DNA of 32,000 bases. Origin: Candidatus Saccharimonadota bacterium (GTDB taxonomy: Archaea; Nanohalarchaeota; Nanosalinia; Nanosalinales; Nanosalinaceae). The notes beneath the pieces were generated by a model that made no database searches, was not told the origin of the DNA, and saw only the letters and a program-made list of their open reading frames with translations. This document shows, piece by piece, positions 15,726 to 24,582 of this stretch (positions are counted from its first letter, which is position 1; each line of letters starts with the position of its first letter). The position numbers and the translations under genes were made by a program. The stretch is from assembly GCF_029232205.1 (NCBI RefSeq), contig NZ_CP107255.1, positions 300,001 to 332,000 on the forward strand, written 5' to 3'.

Positions 15726-16379
15726 ATGGAACGACAGAAGGCTGCATTAATCTTCTTCGCAGCAATATCTTTTGCATTGTTATTTACTACGGGCCTATTT
15801 GCAAATGCATGGGCCGAATCAACAAAGAACGTTGAAAACCTAAATAGTACTCTGCAAAGTAAAGAATCTTCTTTACAACAAAAGACCTCCACTATAGATA
15901 AACTAAACCAGACATTGCTGATAAAACAGCAGAATATCTCCGACCTAGAACGTACTAAGAGTAATCTGGAATCCGAAGTTGATATGCTCCGTGATGAACT
16001 GGATAAGGCCAAAGTATGGACAACTGCTCCTGAGCCTTATTCTACAGGCGGAGGAGAATATGTAGTCCCTTTCACTATATACAATTATGGTAAAGAAACT
16101 GCTAGTAACGTTATTGCCGAGGTAGCTGTATACGAAAGCTCAAGTTCGACAGAGCCTAAAGAAGTGAAAAGTGTTCAAGTAGGGAATACTGCAGGCAACT
16201 CCATGAAAGAGGTGGAATATAATATCGACTTTGATTCAACCATAGATGATGACGATGTCGCCTCTGTATACGTAGTTAGTTGTGGAAACTGTGAAATTCT
16301 CTGGAAAAATATTCCTAGCTTATCTTACTTTGAGGACTCTAGCTCCGAAGCTGCTGAAGCTGGAGCTTCTAGCACTTGA
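15726..16379 (+). CDS. Secreted or membrane-anchored protein, 217 aa: signal/TM, coiled coil, then a beta-rich domain
   Basis: The N-terminal hydrophobic segment ALIFFAAISFALLFTTGLFANAWA is followed by a coiled-coil stretch. A beta-sandwich-like region (YVVPFTIYNYGKETASNVIAEVAVYE) follows. Confidence 0.55.
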   Translation: MERQKAALIFFAAISFALLFTTGLFANAWAESTKNVENLNSTLQSKESSLQQKTSTIDKLNQTLLIKQQNISDLERTKSNLESEVDMLRDELDKAKVWTTAPEPYSTGGGEYVVPFTIYNYGKETASNVIAEVAVYESSSSTEPKEVKSVQVGNTAGNSMKEVEYNIDFDSTIDDDDVASVYVVSCGNCEILWKNIPSLSYFEDSSSEAAEAGASST

Positions 16380-16433
16380 ACAATAAACCGCCTATTAGAA
16401 GAAAATTTCAATCACACAACGGGATAAGAATCT

Positions 16434-16700
16434 ATGACTGAGGACCTGGAAGAGCTGCGTGAGAAGAGAGATGAACTGGAAGAAAAAATGCTGCAGAAGC
16501 TTGAAGAGGATCAAGACAGTGGAAAGTTAATAACTCGTGAAGAGTTTGTTGACGAGCTGGTAAAAGCAGCTTATGCAGGCTTTAACTTTGATAAAGGGAG
16601 TTATGACTGGGAGCAGCTAGAACCTGTTCTTAGAGAGACGTTCCGGAAGGTTTATGTGGAAGGCCTATCCCAGGAAGAGTTAGAAGAACTTACTGATTGA
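16434..16700 (+). CDS. Hypothetical acidic protein, 88 aa
   Basis: Clean ORF with no recognised motif. Confidence 0.45.
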   Translation: MTEDLEELREKRDELEEKMLQKLEEDQDSGKLITREEFVDELVKAAYAGFNFDKGSYDWEQLEPVLRETFRKVYVEGLSQEELEELTD

Positions 16701-16830
16701 ATTCTTCCGCGAAGTCTTCTTCTAGCTTTTTTCTTACCCATTGGGAGAAGTTAAATCCTCCAGGCCTTTCTTTCAGGTTGGAGATAGCTTCTATATGCTC
16801 TTCTTTCAGAGTAACTATCTTGTCTTTCAT
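16690..16830 (-). CDS. Ribbon-helix-helix (CopG/Arc-like) protein, 46 aa
   Basis: I prefer the internal ATG (complement of 16828-16830): MKDKIVTLKEEHIEAISNLKERPGGFNFSQWVRKKLEE. This gives a beta strand followed by two helices. Confidence 0.5.
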   Translation of the reverse strand: MKDKIVTLKEEHIEAISNLKERPGGFNFSQWVRKKLEEDFAEEFNQ

Positions 16831-16834
16831 GTAG

Positions 16835-16892
16835 CATATGTTGGCATAGGTTGGTTTTAAATACAGGTGTGGAACATATGTCAACATAGGTT
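16835..16892. promoter_or_regulatory. Divergent promoter region with two 18-bp direct repeats (putative RHH operator)
   Basis: CATATGTTGGCATAGGTT (16835-16852) and CATATGTCAACATAGGTT (16875-16892) match at 15 of 18 positions and are 40 bp apart. They lie between the two divergent RHH-like genes. Confidence 0.45.
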
Positions 16893-16898
16893 AAAATT

Positions 16899-17120
16899 AT
16901 GAAGGACGACCACCCGACCAAGAGTAGACCGTCCTCCAAAACAGTATTGGAGGGCCAACAGCATAAAACTGTCGAAAAGCTGACCGAAAAAAAATTCTCG
17001 CTACCAGAGGCTCAGGCCGAAGTCATCGAAGAGACGGCACGTAAAATGAGTGTAACGGAGTCGCAGGCCTTGAACTACCTTCTAGCAAGATACACAAAAG
17101 GTGAATGGGAAGCTCTATGA
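16899..17120 (+). CDS. Ribbon-helix-helix-like protein, 73 aa
   Basis: The C-terminal KKFSLPEAQAEVIEETARKMSVTESQALNYLLARY fits the RHH strand-helix-helix pattern. Confidence 0.45.
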   Translation: MKDDHPTKSRPSSKTVLEGQQHKTVEKLTEKKFSLPEAQAEVIEETARKMSVTESQALNYLLARYTKGEWEAL

Positions 17121-17800
17121 ATGCCTCTCTAAAAAAATCTAAGAATCTAGTGGAAAGCTGGAAACCAGAACAGTCGGGGAAGAAAACTGTGGATCAGGCA
17201 ATTCTAGAGATAGCGGACTTCGAGTCTTGGAAAAGTCCTAAGGAGATGTATAGGGAATACAGGTACTACAAGAAAGATCCTGTCCACGTACAGACATTCT
17301 CCAAATACCTCAACGAGCTTGAATCTATAGGAGAATTGGAGGCTAGAGGCAGAGGTAGCTCTAGAGAATACAGAAAAGCAGACAAACCTGTGCAAGAAAC
17401 AAGAGAAGATCACAGCTCTCCACTAAGTGAGGGTCTCCCGGACTTCGTAGAAAAAAGAATCCAGAAAGAAGTGGAGAAGAGAGTCCAGGAAGAGATCGAC
17501 AACATCAGAAATGACATAGAGCAGAGAATCTTGATAGAGAGAAAACAGAACAGTGAATCTCAAGAAGAAAGCAACGCCCCGGAAGACAAAGATGATCCCA
17601 TCAATCCTCCAGAATACATTCATCAACTGTTAACTGAAGCTGAAGAAGAACTCAGCGCTTCAAAAATAGGAGAAAAATATAGAGAAAGAACAGAATATAA
17701 TCCAGCACAGAGAACAATCAGGAGATACCTTAAAAACCTAGTAGACAGAGGTCTAGTGGAGAAGGAAGGCAGTAAAAAAGGCACAACATACAAGGCCTGA
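17105..17800 (+). CDS. DNA-binding protein with two winged-helix-like domains, ~227-231 aa
   Basis: The likely start is the in-frame ATG at 17117, overlapping the upstream stop (ATGA). The C-terminal wHTH is IGEKYRERTEYNPAQRTIRRYLKNLVDRGLVEKEGSKKGTTYKA. A similar N-terminal module reads VQTFSKYLNELESIGELEARGRGSSREYRKA. Confidence 0.55.
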   Translation: MGSSMNASLKKSKNLVESWKPEQSGKKTVDQAILEIADFESWKSPKEMYREYRYYKKDPVHVQTFSKYLNELESIGELEARGRGSSREYRKADKPVQETREDHSSPLSEGLPDFVEKRIQKEVEKRVQEEIDNIRNDIEQRILIERKQNSESQEESNAPEDKDDPINPPEYIHQLLTEAEEELSASKIGEKYRERTEYNPAQRTIRRYLKNLVDRGLVEKEGSKKGTTYKA

Positions 17801-17991
17801 TTTAAACCCTTTTTCTTGTCTCTTTCTTCCTTGCTTGGGCAAGGGTTAGGCCCGAAGATGTAGGCAGAAACAATTCTGTATTGCAGGTAATATAGGTTCT
17901 CCTCTATTCATACTTTCTTATTCTATTTGTGGGTGCCTGTAGGAACCAAAAAGTTTAACAGGCCTCTATATAGGTGTTGTATCGAAGAAAG

Positions 17992-20532
17992 ATGGGATTA
18001 TACGACAGGTTGACTCCAGGCGATCAGAATAATATAGATGAGCAGAAAGAACAGGTAGAGGAAGAGCAGCAATCAGCTGAAGAAGAATTTGTAGACAGAT
18101 ACAATAATGATACTTCTACAGATAATTCCAGCAGCGACAGCTCTGACAATACTTCTGAAGCAACAGAAGATTTCTTGGACGACTACGGTCCTAGCGGAGA
18201 TGGTAGCTTCGGAAGCGATGACCTAGATTCTGTCAACGACAGCACAGATAACTCAACAGACAGCTCTGACAATGCTACTCCTGAAGAAGAGTTCGTAAAA
18301 AATTACGGTCAGAGCAGCAAGAAGAAAGATAAGAAAAAGAAGAAAGGTAGCAGCTCCGAAAACCCTTTAGTCGATGAACTGCAGAGGCAAAGAAACGTAA
18401 TCGACAGTGAAGAAGCAGATATGAACCTGGAAAATCCTTCGGCTCTTGGACCGCAGACTGTAACGCGCTTAGGCACAGGAAACATTCCTCCCGCACAGAT
18501 CTCTAACGAAGAATACAGATCGCCAGAACAAACAGTGGTAGACCGAGAATATGGCTCAGGCACAAACCTAAAAGGACAAAGCTATCTAAACCAGGATCAG
18601 ACTGCAGAAGATGTAACCGCAAAAAGCCTGATTCAAGGCGCTCAAGACGTAATGATTGATCCAGGACAGACTGGCCAGAACACCTATGAATCTGTTTCAA
18701 ACCTCGACCTACCTGGAGAAATGGAAGAAACCTATGCCAAAGGCGCAGGAACTATAACAGCTGCCGGAGCCCAGCTATTCAACACCGTACCAAGTATCTT
18801 TCAGACAACAGTGGCTGCAAGCCAAAACCCGTCAGGCACAGCTTCAAAGCTTTATCAAGGAACTAAACGTGCAGGCCCGAACCTTGAAGGTCTTTCTAGG
18901 AATACAGGAAGCAAAGAATACTTTGAAAGCCAGGCAGGTATACTAAACCTTGTTGCAGGGGCTGGAGCAAGTAGCCTAGCAAGAAAAGGAAGTCTCAGAG
19001 GAGTAACTACTGACGAAGGCCTGACAGATCTTGTGAAAAATCCTGTAAGGCCTGGTGACGATGCTACTGTCGAAGCAGAGATACAGGAAACATTCCAGAG
19101 CAAACCCGATCAGCTGAGTCCTGAAGCTCAGAAAGCATTATCTCAAATGGATTTATCTGGAACCAAGGGTCCAGCAGGTTCAGGGAGACGTCTAGTGGTT
19201 GAAGGAGATGGAGAAAACACTTACGCCGAAAAGCAGGATTACTTGATGACAAAAGTACAACAGAATGGCAGAGAGTTTATTGTAGTAGGAAGAACTGCGT
19301 CTCAAGGCCGGGGTAGTGATGGAGAAAGCGAGGGTCTTGTAGCAAGTGAATCACTTATTATCAGCGAGAACGGAGAATTAGTCGATCAAAGCAAGCAGAA
19401 ACCTACTAAAAAACTGTATGACTTCCAGACAGAAGTTACTGATAGTTCACAGGATGTTGTTGAAGGGGTAGGTCCAAGAGGGGATGAAAAAATAGTAAAG
19501 ACGGACTCGGTTGGAGAGGGTACTGTAGCGGGAGAAGACTTTATCTTCAGAGATGAATCACAGAGATTCTCAAGTCCTGGAACTGATGCAGACCTGCTGC
19601 AATCTAAAAGTGTTACGGGTACCGATAACTCGAAAAGCAGCATAGGAAGCAAAGGACCTGTAATTAACAGAGGCCTGTTTGAAGATGAAGACGTAAAAAC
19701 TGCAGATATAGATGGTGAGAGCACTGATTTCGATGCTGAGAAGCTGCAGGATTCTATAGAGTCAATCTTTGACGATCAAGACAGCGACAGGAGTGAGGTA
19801 GGTAACGTAATTGACAGGGATTCTGACGGGCAATCTGATAGTGATTCAGGCCCCCAAAAACTGAAGATAGAATCAAGTAACAAGCAGGAAGACAGAACCG
19901 GGATAGGAACTGACGCTGTAAACCAGAAAGCCTTTGAGGAGAACGTAAAAGATGCTGCTAGTTTTGAAGATACTGGTGCTGATAGTGTTTTCGGGCCTAC
20001 CGAGGCAGCTGTAGGAACCAATGTACTGGGCGAGGCTGGAAGCTCTTTATCTCAAGGTCAAGACCAGGATACTTTCGGCCTTGTAGACAAAGAAGATAGC
20101 CAGCAGAAGGGCAGAGACAAGATTTTAGAAGATGATAAAACTAGAGGCAAGCCTGATGTAGCGAACAAAAATGCTTTAGATGTAGGGCAAGATGTGGGGC
20201 AGGGTCAAGACTTTGACACCAATCTAGATTCGAGCCAGGAAACAGACTCCATATTAGTGAGAGGTCTAACCAATACAGATACAAACTTCAGAGAAGGAGA
20301 TGGAAACAAGCGTAGAGATCTTAACCTAGAAGGGGATGACGATGACGACAAAAGATTGTTTTCCAGATTACTTGGAGGGAAAAAGAAAACAAAGTATAGA
20401 GGCAGTGTAGGCGCAGAAGTACTCGGTATCACAGCAGAGGAAGCTCCAGGAAGATCTGCAGCACAGAACCCTCTCAACCTTAGACCTGTAGTAGAGGACT
20501 CTACAAAGAAAGATGAAGAAAATATTTTGTAG
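17992..20532 (+). CDS. Large acidic low-complexity protein, 846 aa, function unknown
   Basis: An uninterrupted 2.5-kb ORF; I prefer the ATG at 17992 to the GTG at 17974. It is rich in D/S/E/G/T/N/Q/K, has no Cys, and has no TM helix or signal peptide. The N-terminal region contains three E-[ED]-F-[VL]-x-x-Y-[GN] motifs separated by S/D/N/T linkers. Confidence 0.7.
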   Translation: MGLYDRLTPGDQNNIDEQKEQVEEEQQSAEEEFVDRYNNDTSTDNSSSDSSDNTSEATEDFLDDYGPSGDGSFGSDDLDSVNDSTDNSTDSSDNATPEEEFVKNYGQSSKKKDKKKKKGSSSENPLVDELQRQRNVIDSEEADMNLENPSALGPQTVTRLGTGNIPPAQISNEEYRSPEQTVVDREYGSGTNLKGQSYLNQDQTAEDVTAKSLIQGAQDVMIDPGQTGQNTYESVSNLDLPGEMEETYAKGAGTITAAGAQLFNTVPSIFQTTVAASQNPSGTASKLYQGTKRAGPNLEGLSRNTGSKEYFESQAGILNLVAGAGASSLARKGSLRGVTTDEGLTDLVKNPVRPGDDATVEAEIQETFQSKPDQLSPEAQKALSQMDLSGTKGPAGSGRRLVVEGDGENTYAEKQDYLMTKVQQNGREFIVVGRTASQGRGSDGESEGLVASESLIISENGELVDQSKQKPTKKLYDFQTEVTDSSQDVVEGVGPRGDEKIVKTDSVGEGTVAGEDFIFRDESQRFSSPGTDADLLQSKSVTGTDNSKSSIGSKGPVINRGLFEDEDVKTADIDGESTDFDAEKLQDSIESIFDDQDSDRSEVGNVIDRDSDGQSDSDSGPQKLKIESSNKQEDRTGIGTDAVNQKAFEENVKDAASFEDTGADSVFGPTEAAVGTNVLGEAGSSLSQGQDQDTFGLVDKEDSQQKGRDKILEDDKTRGKPDVANKNALDVGQDVGQGQDFDTNLDSSQETDSILVRGLTNTDTNFREGDGNKRRDLNLEGDDDDDKRLFSRLLGGKKKTKYRGSVGAEVLGITAEEAPGRSAAQNPLNLRPVVEDSTKKDEENIL

Positions 20533-20549
20533 AAAGCTAATCTCTCCCC

Positions 20550-20575
20550 CAGTCATATACTGACTGCTTGTTTTT
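20550..20575 (+). terminator. Hairpin plus T-run downstream of the 846-aa gene
   Basis: CAGTCA-tatac-TGACTG is followed by CTTGTTTTT, 18 nt after the stop codon. Confidence 0.4.
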
Positions 20576-20913
20576 AGAAGCGTAAGAAGCATTCCATTTC
20601 TGCCAAAGATCGGTGGACGCTTTCATAACCAGATGCGCCCCTGTATAGATCCGGCTTAAAACTAGTGGAAACTAAGATAGAGTTCCTGTCTTTCTATGAG
20701 ATTGACAGAGTAATTGCTTAGTTCAAAGTTAATAATTTCTTGTCGGAAGCTGCTCCTTCGTGTGTCCCGCACGTACAAAGACCTCCTCATAGCTATTATA
20801 TAGAGAAGAGGGGAGGGGCAGGGGGCGGTGACGAACGAACCTAGTAGTCAGGTTCGATCCATCGACTAACACAGTCTATCTATAACAGGTATAGATTATC
20901 AACACTCCTCCCT

Positions 20914-21207
20914 CTACCTGCCGTCATCGTCTCCCTGTCTTTCGAATAAAGGCGACACCATGTCCACATTCAGAGCCTCTTTGTAGTCATCAATATCTTC
21001 GCTCAACAGCTTCCAAGCAGCTTCAGATCGATCAGCCGCTAAACGTTTATCTTCAAGAGTCTTCATGTGCTTTTGAATTTGTCTCAACTCTTCCGGGTCG
21101 CTGGTAATGTTCGTAGGCTTCACCCACAATCTTTTGTGATCGTGATAGATTTTATCGGCTATTCTATTCCAAAGTTTTTCTCCAGGATTCAAACCTAATT
21201 CTGACAC
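20914..21207 (-). CDS. Hypothetical protein, 97 aa
   Basis: Clean ORF and the last gene of the leftward operon. No motif recognised. Confidence 0.45.
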   Translation of the reverse strand: MSELGLNPGEKLWNRIADKIYHDHKRLWVKPTNITSDPEELRQIQKHMKTLEDKRLAADRSEAAWKLLSEDIDDYKEALNVDMVSPLFERQGDDDGR

Positions 21208-21279
21208 TACCGCATCACCTTGTAGTTAAACACTACTGCATTTATTGTAGAATTGCTCATTATTTCAGCCTTCTGTTGT

Positions 21280-21510
21280 TTATCTGTACCAGTGGTTCTT
21301 GTCTTCGAGTCCTACAGCAGATTCATCTGACTGCATCTGTATCTGGTAATCTCTGTTGATGGTTTGCTGCAGTTCCTCCAGCACTAGATCTAGGTCTTTC
21401 TTTCTTCTGATTTTGTAATCATAGTAGAGCTTGTCTCGAAGCGTCTCCACTATATCAACAAGCTTTTCTTGGTCTACAATCTCATTGACATCTTCTGGTT
21501 CTTCTGACAT
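21280..21510 (-). CDS. Hypothetical acidic protein, 76 aa
   Basis: Clean ORF starting 10 nt downstream of the wHTH gene. Confidence 0.45.
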   Translation of the reverse strand: MSEEPEDVNEIVDQEKLVDIVETLRDKLYYDYKIRRKKDLDLVLEELQQTINRDYQIQMQSDESAVGLEDKNHWYR

Positions 21511-21520
21511 GAGTAATACC

Positions 21521-21799
21521 TCAGTAAGCAGGCACGTTCATCCCGTCAAGGACTACACGACCTTTCTCTGTGATTTTGTAGTATGTACGGCCTTCTTCCT
21601 CTCCAGTATTCTCTACGAGGCCTTCAGCTTGTAGCTTTTCTACATGATAGAGAACTGTTTGATGCGCTACATCTAGTTCGTCTTTCATGCTGCCGATATG
21701 ATCCTGGTTCTGCAGCAGGTCCAGAGTCTGTTTCGTAGTCTTGCCGCCTACTTTTCTCCTGATTCTGTCGTAATCTTCCGACTGGTCTACCTCAGGCAT
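21521..21799 (-). CDS. ArsR-like winged-helix transcription regulator, 92 aa
   Basis: I prefer the ATG at the complement of 21797-21799 (MPEVDQSEDY...). The HTH-wing is LDVAHQTVLYHVEKLQAEGLVENTGEEEGRTYYKITEKG. Confidence 0.65.
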   Translation of the reverse strand: MPEVDQSEDYDRIRRKVGGKTTKQTLDLLQNQDHIGSMKDELDVAHQTVLYHVEKLQAEGLVENTGEEEGRTYYKITEKGRVVLDGMNVPAY

Positions 21800-21979
21800 A
21801 CAACACCGCCTCTTTCTAAACACTCTCTAATTGTTCTATCAAGCGATTCTGTACTCTTTCTAACCGGTTGATTCGCTGTGGTTCGATAAAGAAATGTCAA
21901 GGCTGTCGATGGGGTATTACCCCTTTGTGTGTTATCATAACACGCATAGGGTAGGAAACCCCCCGACATGCCTGACACA

Positions 21980-23509
21980 TTAAATCGCATAGTCCTTCAC
22001 CTCGATATTCATGAAGCACATAGCTCTTCCCCCGTTCTCTACCATAGCTTTCTCTTTCCGCATATCAGGATGAGAAGCAGCTTGGCTCACAAACTGGTTT
22101 CTAGGTACTGGAGTTTCTAGTTTTTTCTCACACCATAGTTCATAGGCCTCGTAGACGTCTGAAGTTCTGATATTCTTCGCATCTTCAGTTTTTACTCTTA
22201 TCTGATCTGAGATAAACCGCTGAGTTGATGTTCCGAACTTGTCCCAGGCTTTCTTTATTTCGTACTCTGTCATTTCTTTGGAAAACCTGTTTTGTTCTTC
22301 TAATCTTTCCAGACCTTCGATAGCCCAGTTAAGAAGCCAGGACATGTTTTTTTCGGTAGTAAGTTTTTCTACTAGGTTTCTTTCCTTGTCTTCTGGATCT
22401 ATCCTGGTTGTTGCCATGACTGTCTTGAATCTGTTGTAGTATGCGTCTGTTGCTGAGCTGTCGTCTGGCGCGTTGTTGCTTGCTATCATGAAGTTGGTTT
22501 TTGGTTGGAACTCGTAGCCTTTCTCGCCTTTAGGATCGGCGTGTAGTGGTTCTTTGCTTATTGCTTTCTTTACTCGTGATTTCCTTCTGATTTCTTTGTC
22601 GTCCATATCCATGTCGAAGTTGACTAGGGAATCTCTGAGTTTGTCGATGTGGAATGCTCGATCCATACCGAGCTGTGGGAAGCTCATGCTGGTTGTATTG
22701 CTGCCTTCAAAGAGTTGCTCAATAGTTTTCAGGAGTGTTGACTTTCCTGTATCAGTATATCCCAGGATAAGTAAGGCCTTCTCGAACTTGTCTGAAGGCC
22801 ATGTAAGGCAGTATCCTAGAAATTCTTGGATTACTTTTACTCCTTCTTCTGTGTCGATTGTTTTCTCTATAAATTCCTTGATTCTGTCTGGTTCTGCGTC
22901 AGGGTTGTAGACGGCGTTGATGCTGTTTAGTGCTAGATCTTCCTTGTTGGCAGGCCTTGTTTCTTTAGTCTCTAGATCCAGGATATTCCCGTCTTTGAGG
23001 AGTATCTTTTTCCGGTCTAAACCCATTTCCTTGAATTCGGTGTATTTGTGGTGGTCTTTGAAGGATTGCTTGAACTGTCTGAGGAAGTGGTTCGTGTAGT
23101 CCTTGCCCATCTCTTTGTTGGCCTGTTTCTTGATTAGCTCGAAGTCTACTTCTTCCCATCTGCGTGTCTCCTGGTCGTACTTATAGAAAAGAGTCTTGGA
23201 GTCGATAACTACAGGCCTGATATTTCTTTCCTCTACTAGGAAATCTGCGTAGGCCTGAGCTTTCTCTGTTAGTTCTGCTCCTGCGTGCTCTTGCATTGGG
23301 AAACTCTTCGGGCCTGATTCTTCCTCAAGATCTTCTTTCAATGCTTCCAGATGACTTTTGATTTCTGGATTGCTGCTCTTCAATGCTGAGATGAAGTTTT
23401 CATCTGTAAGTTGGCTTTCATCCGCGTTTCTGATTGTCTCTGCGATATTTTCGTTCCCGGCCTTCTCTATTTCTCTGGCGTAGTATGTTACTGGGCTTTC
23501 TACAGTCAT
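21980..23509 (-). CDS. D5/P4-family SF3 helicase (phage/plasmid primase C-terminal-type NTPase)
   Basis: 509 aa. Motifs: Walker A ILGYTDTGKSTLL, Walker B-like VNFDMDMDD, and the family-typical downstream block KKAISKEPLHADPKGEKGYEFQPKTNFMIASNNAP...DAYYNRF. No AEP primase motifs were seen in the N-terminal part. Confidence 0.8.
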   Translation of the reverse strand: MTVESPVTYYAREIEKAGNENIAETIRNADESQLTDENFISALKSSNPEIKSHLEALKEDLEEESGPKSFPMQEHAGAELTEKAQAYADFLVEERNIRPVVIDSKTLFYKYDQETRRWEEVDFELIKKQANKEMGKDYTNHFLRQFKQSFKDHHKYTEFKEMGLDRKKILLKDGNILDLETKETRPANKEDLALNSINAVYNPDAEPDRIKEFIEKTIDTEEGVKVIQEFLGYCLTWPSDKFEKALLILGYTDTGKSTLLKTIEQLFEGSNTTSMSFPQLGMDRAFHIDKLRDSLVNFDMDMDDKEIRRKSRVKKAISKEPLHADPKGEKGYEFQPKTNFMIASNNAPDDSSATDAYYNRFKTVMATTRIDPEDKERNLVEKLTTEKNMSWLLNWAIEGLERLEEQNRFSKEMTEYEIKKAWDKFGTSTQRFISDQIRVKTEDAKNIRTSDVYEAYELWCEKKLETPVPRNQFVSQAASHPDMRKEKAMVENGGRAMCFMNIEVKDYAI

Positions 23510-23742
23510 TGAATCACCTTCTGTGGTGGCTCTGTAATTACTGCTTTTTGTGAGGCGAGAACTCTTTTGGCCTGGAGAAACTTTTTCCTGTCATAATCAG
23601 ACCATTCAGATTCTACAGCCTCCTTCAGAGTTAGGTAGTCGCCTAACTGCCTTTTCTGCTTTTCTGATAGCTCTTTGTTCCAGTCTTGAATGGTAGAGAA
23701 AGTTACTATCTCTTCAGGGTAGTGTAGAACTTGCTTAATCAC
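23506..23742 (-). CDS. Hypothetical protein, 78 aa
   Basis: Its ORF overlaps both neighbours by 4-8 nt, consistent with operon packing. Confidence 0.45.
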   Translation of the reverse strand: MIKQVLHYPEEIVTFSTIQDWNKELSEKQKRQLGDYLTLKEAVESEWSDYDRKKFLQAKRVLASQKAVITEPPQKVIQ

Positions 23743-24010
23743 TTACTAGGTTCACCTCTTCGAGTATCCTGGTTCTCTCTCCTGTTAGGTCGTAAATATT
23801 GAGCTGGTATTTCGCCGGGATGTAGAGCGCATATCCTTTCGGTGGTGTTCCTTCGAGGATGAACAGCCTGCCTTCTACTCGCCCATCAAAACGGTCGAAG
23901 TCTATCTCAATGAGCTTCCGGCCGGTTTTCCTCTTTCTTTCGAGTCTGCTCCGTATGTCTTCCTTGTCTATCTCTGTTACTCCTCTTTCTCTAAGTCTCA
24001 CGTCTTTCAC
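23735..24010 (-). CDS. Hypothetical protein, 91 aa
   Basis: An overlapping-start/stop operon member. No motif recognised. Confidence 0.45.
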   Translation of the reverse strand: MKDVRLRERGVTEIDKEDIRSRLERKRKTGRKLIEIDFDRFDGRVEGRLFILEGTPPKGYALYIPAKYQLNIYDLTGERTRILEEVNLVSD

Positions 24011-24221
24011 CTTTGCTTTCAGGACTTTCTAGTTCTTCTACATCTATATTACCGTCTAGAAGTTCTCTCATTACTTCTGAACGGCTTAATTCTTCTTCGA
24101 AATTATCTAGAGACTCTACTTGATCCTTGAAAAGAAAGAAGGAGGCTTGTGCTTTGTCTCTGTCCTCTGATTTTACAGTTTCTTTGACAGAAGAATTTAT
24201 ATTTCGCTTAAGCTGATACAT
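23991..24221 (-). CDS. Possible ribbon-helix-helix protein, 76 aa
   Basis: ASFFLFKDQVESLDNFEEELSRSEVMRELLDG fits the RHH pattern weakly. Confidence 0.4.
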   Translation of the reverse strand: MYQLKRNINSSVKETVKSEDRDKAQASFFLFKDQVESLDNFEEELSRSEVMRELLDGNIDVEELESPESKGERRET

Positions 24222-24327
24222 TGTTAGAGGTATTGCTTTGCTTGCTGGAGCTGGTGACTCCAGTGTTTTCTGATTTTTCTTCTTTTATCTTCGAAATTTC
24301 GTCTTCTATAATTTTGTCGACATCCAT
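24208..24327 (-). CDS. Possible small ORF, 39 aa
   Basis: Below the track cutoff. Its ATG lies 1 nt after the stop of the upstream RHH gene, and its stop overlaps the start of 23991-24221. Sequence: MDVDKIIEDEISKIKEEKSENTGVTSSSKQSNTSNNVSA. The only support is operon packing. Confidence 0.3.
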   Translation of the reverse strand: MDVDKIIEDEISKIKEEKSENTGVTSSSKQSNTSNNVSA

Positions 24328-24328
24328 G

Positions 24329-24454
24329 CTAATCACACAGTCCATCTGCAAGGCATGACCTGACAATCTCTGCCTGGCTTCTACCGGTTTTTTCGGATTC
24401 TTCTTCTATGTGCTCTTTCAGCTCTTCTGGCACCGAAAATGTCCATCTATTCAT
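24329..24454 (-). CDS. Ribbon-helix-helix (CopG/MetJ/Arc) protein, 41 aa; first gene of the leftward operon
   Basis: Below the track cutoff. My translation is MNRWTFSVPEELKEHIEEESEKTGRSQAEIVRSCLADGLCD, a textbook RHH pattern (beta strand TFSVPEEL plus two helices). Confidence 0.6.
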   Translation of the reverse strand: MNRWTFSVPEELKEHIEEESEKTGRSQAEIVRSCLADGLCD

Positions 24455-24582
24455 CACTACCACCCCTATATAGAGGCCTTATAAACGTTTTGTAATCACG
24501 AGTGTTTACACAATCTTCTCTGTTCATGTAATCAAGGTTGATTGCGATATGTTTTAAATCTTCCCATCATCCTTGATTGCAT

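Noticed and set aside
18275-20592. Numerous 60-112-aa minus-strand ORFs inside the 846-aa gene
   Set aside because: They are all antisense shadows of one uninterrupted 2.5-kb + strand frame, and they have Ser/Leu/Pro-rich nonsense composition.
20810-20828. G-rich tract GGGGAGGGGCAGGGGGCGG as a possible G-quadruplex
   Set aside because: It has only three full G-runs plus a GG, occurs once in an intergenic region, and has no supporting context.
20836-20860. Hairpin CGAACCT-agtagtc-AGGTTCG followed by GGTTCGATCC, resembling a tRNA T-arm or secondary att remnant
   Set aside because: No cloverleaf can be built around it. Its similarity to the tRNA-Val and tRNA-Met T-arms is limited to GGTTCGA(T). 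It is more simply a terminator-like hairpin between the convergent 846-aa gene and the leftward operon.
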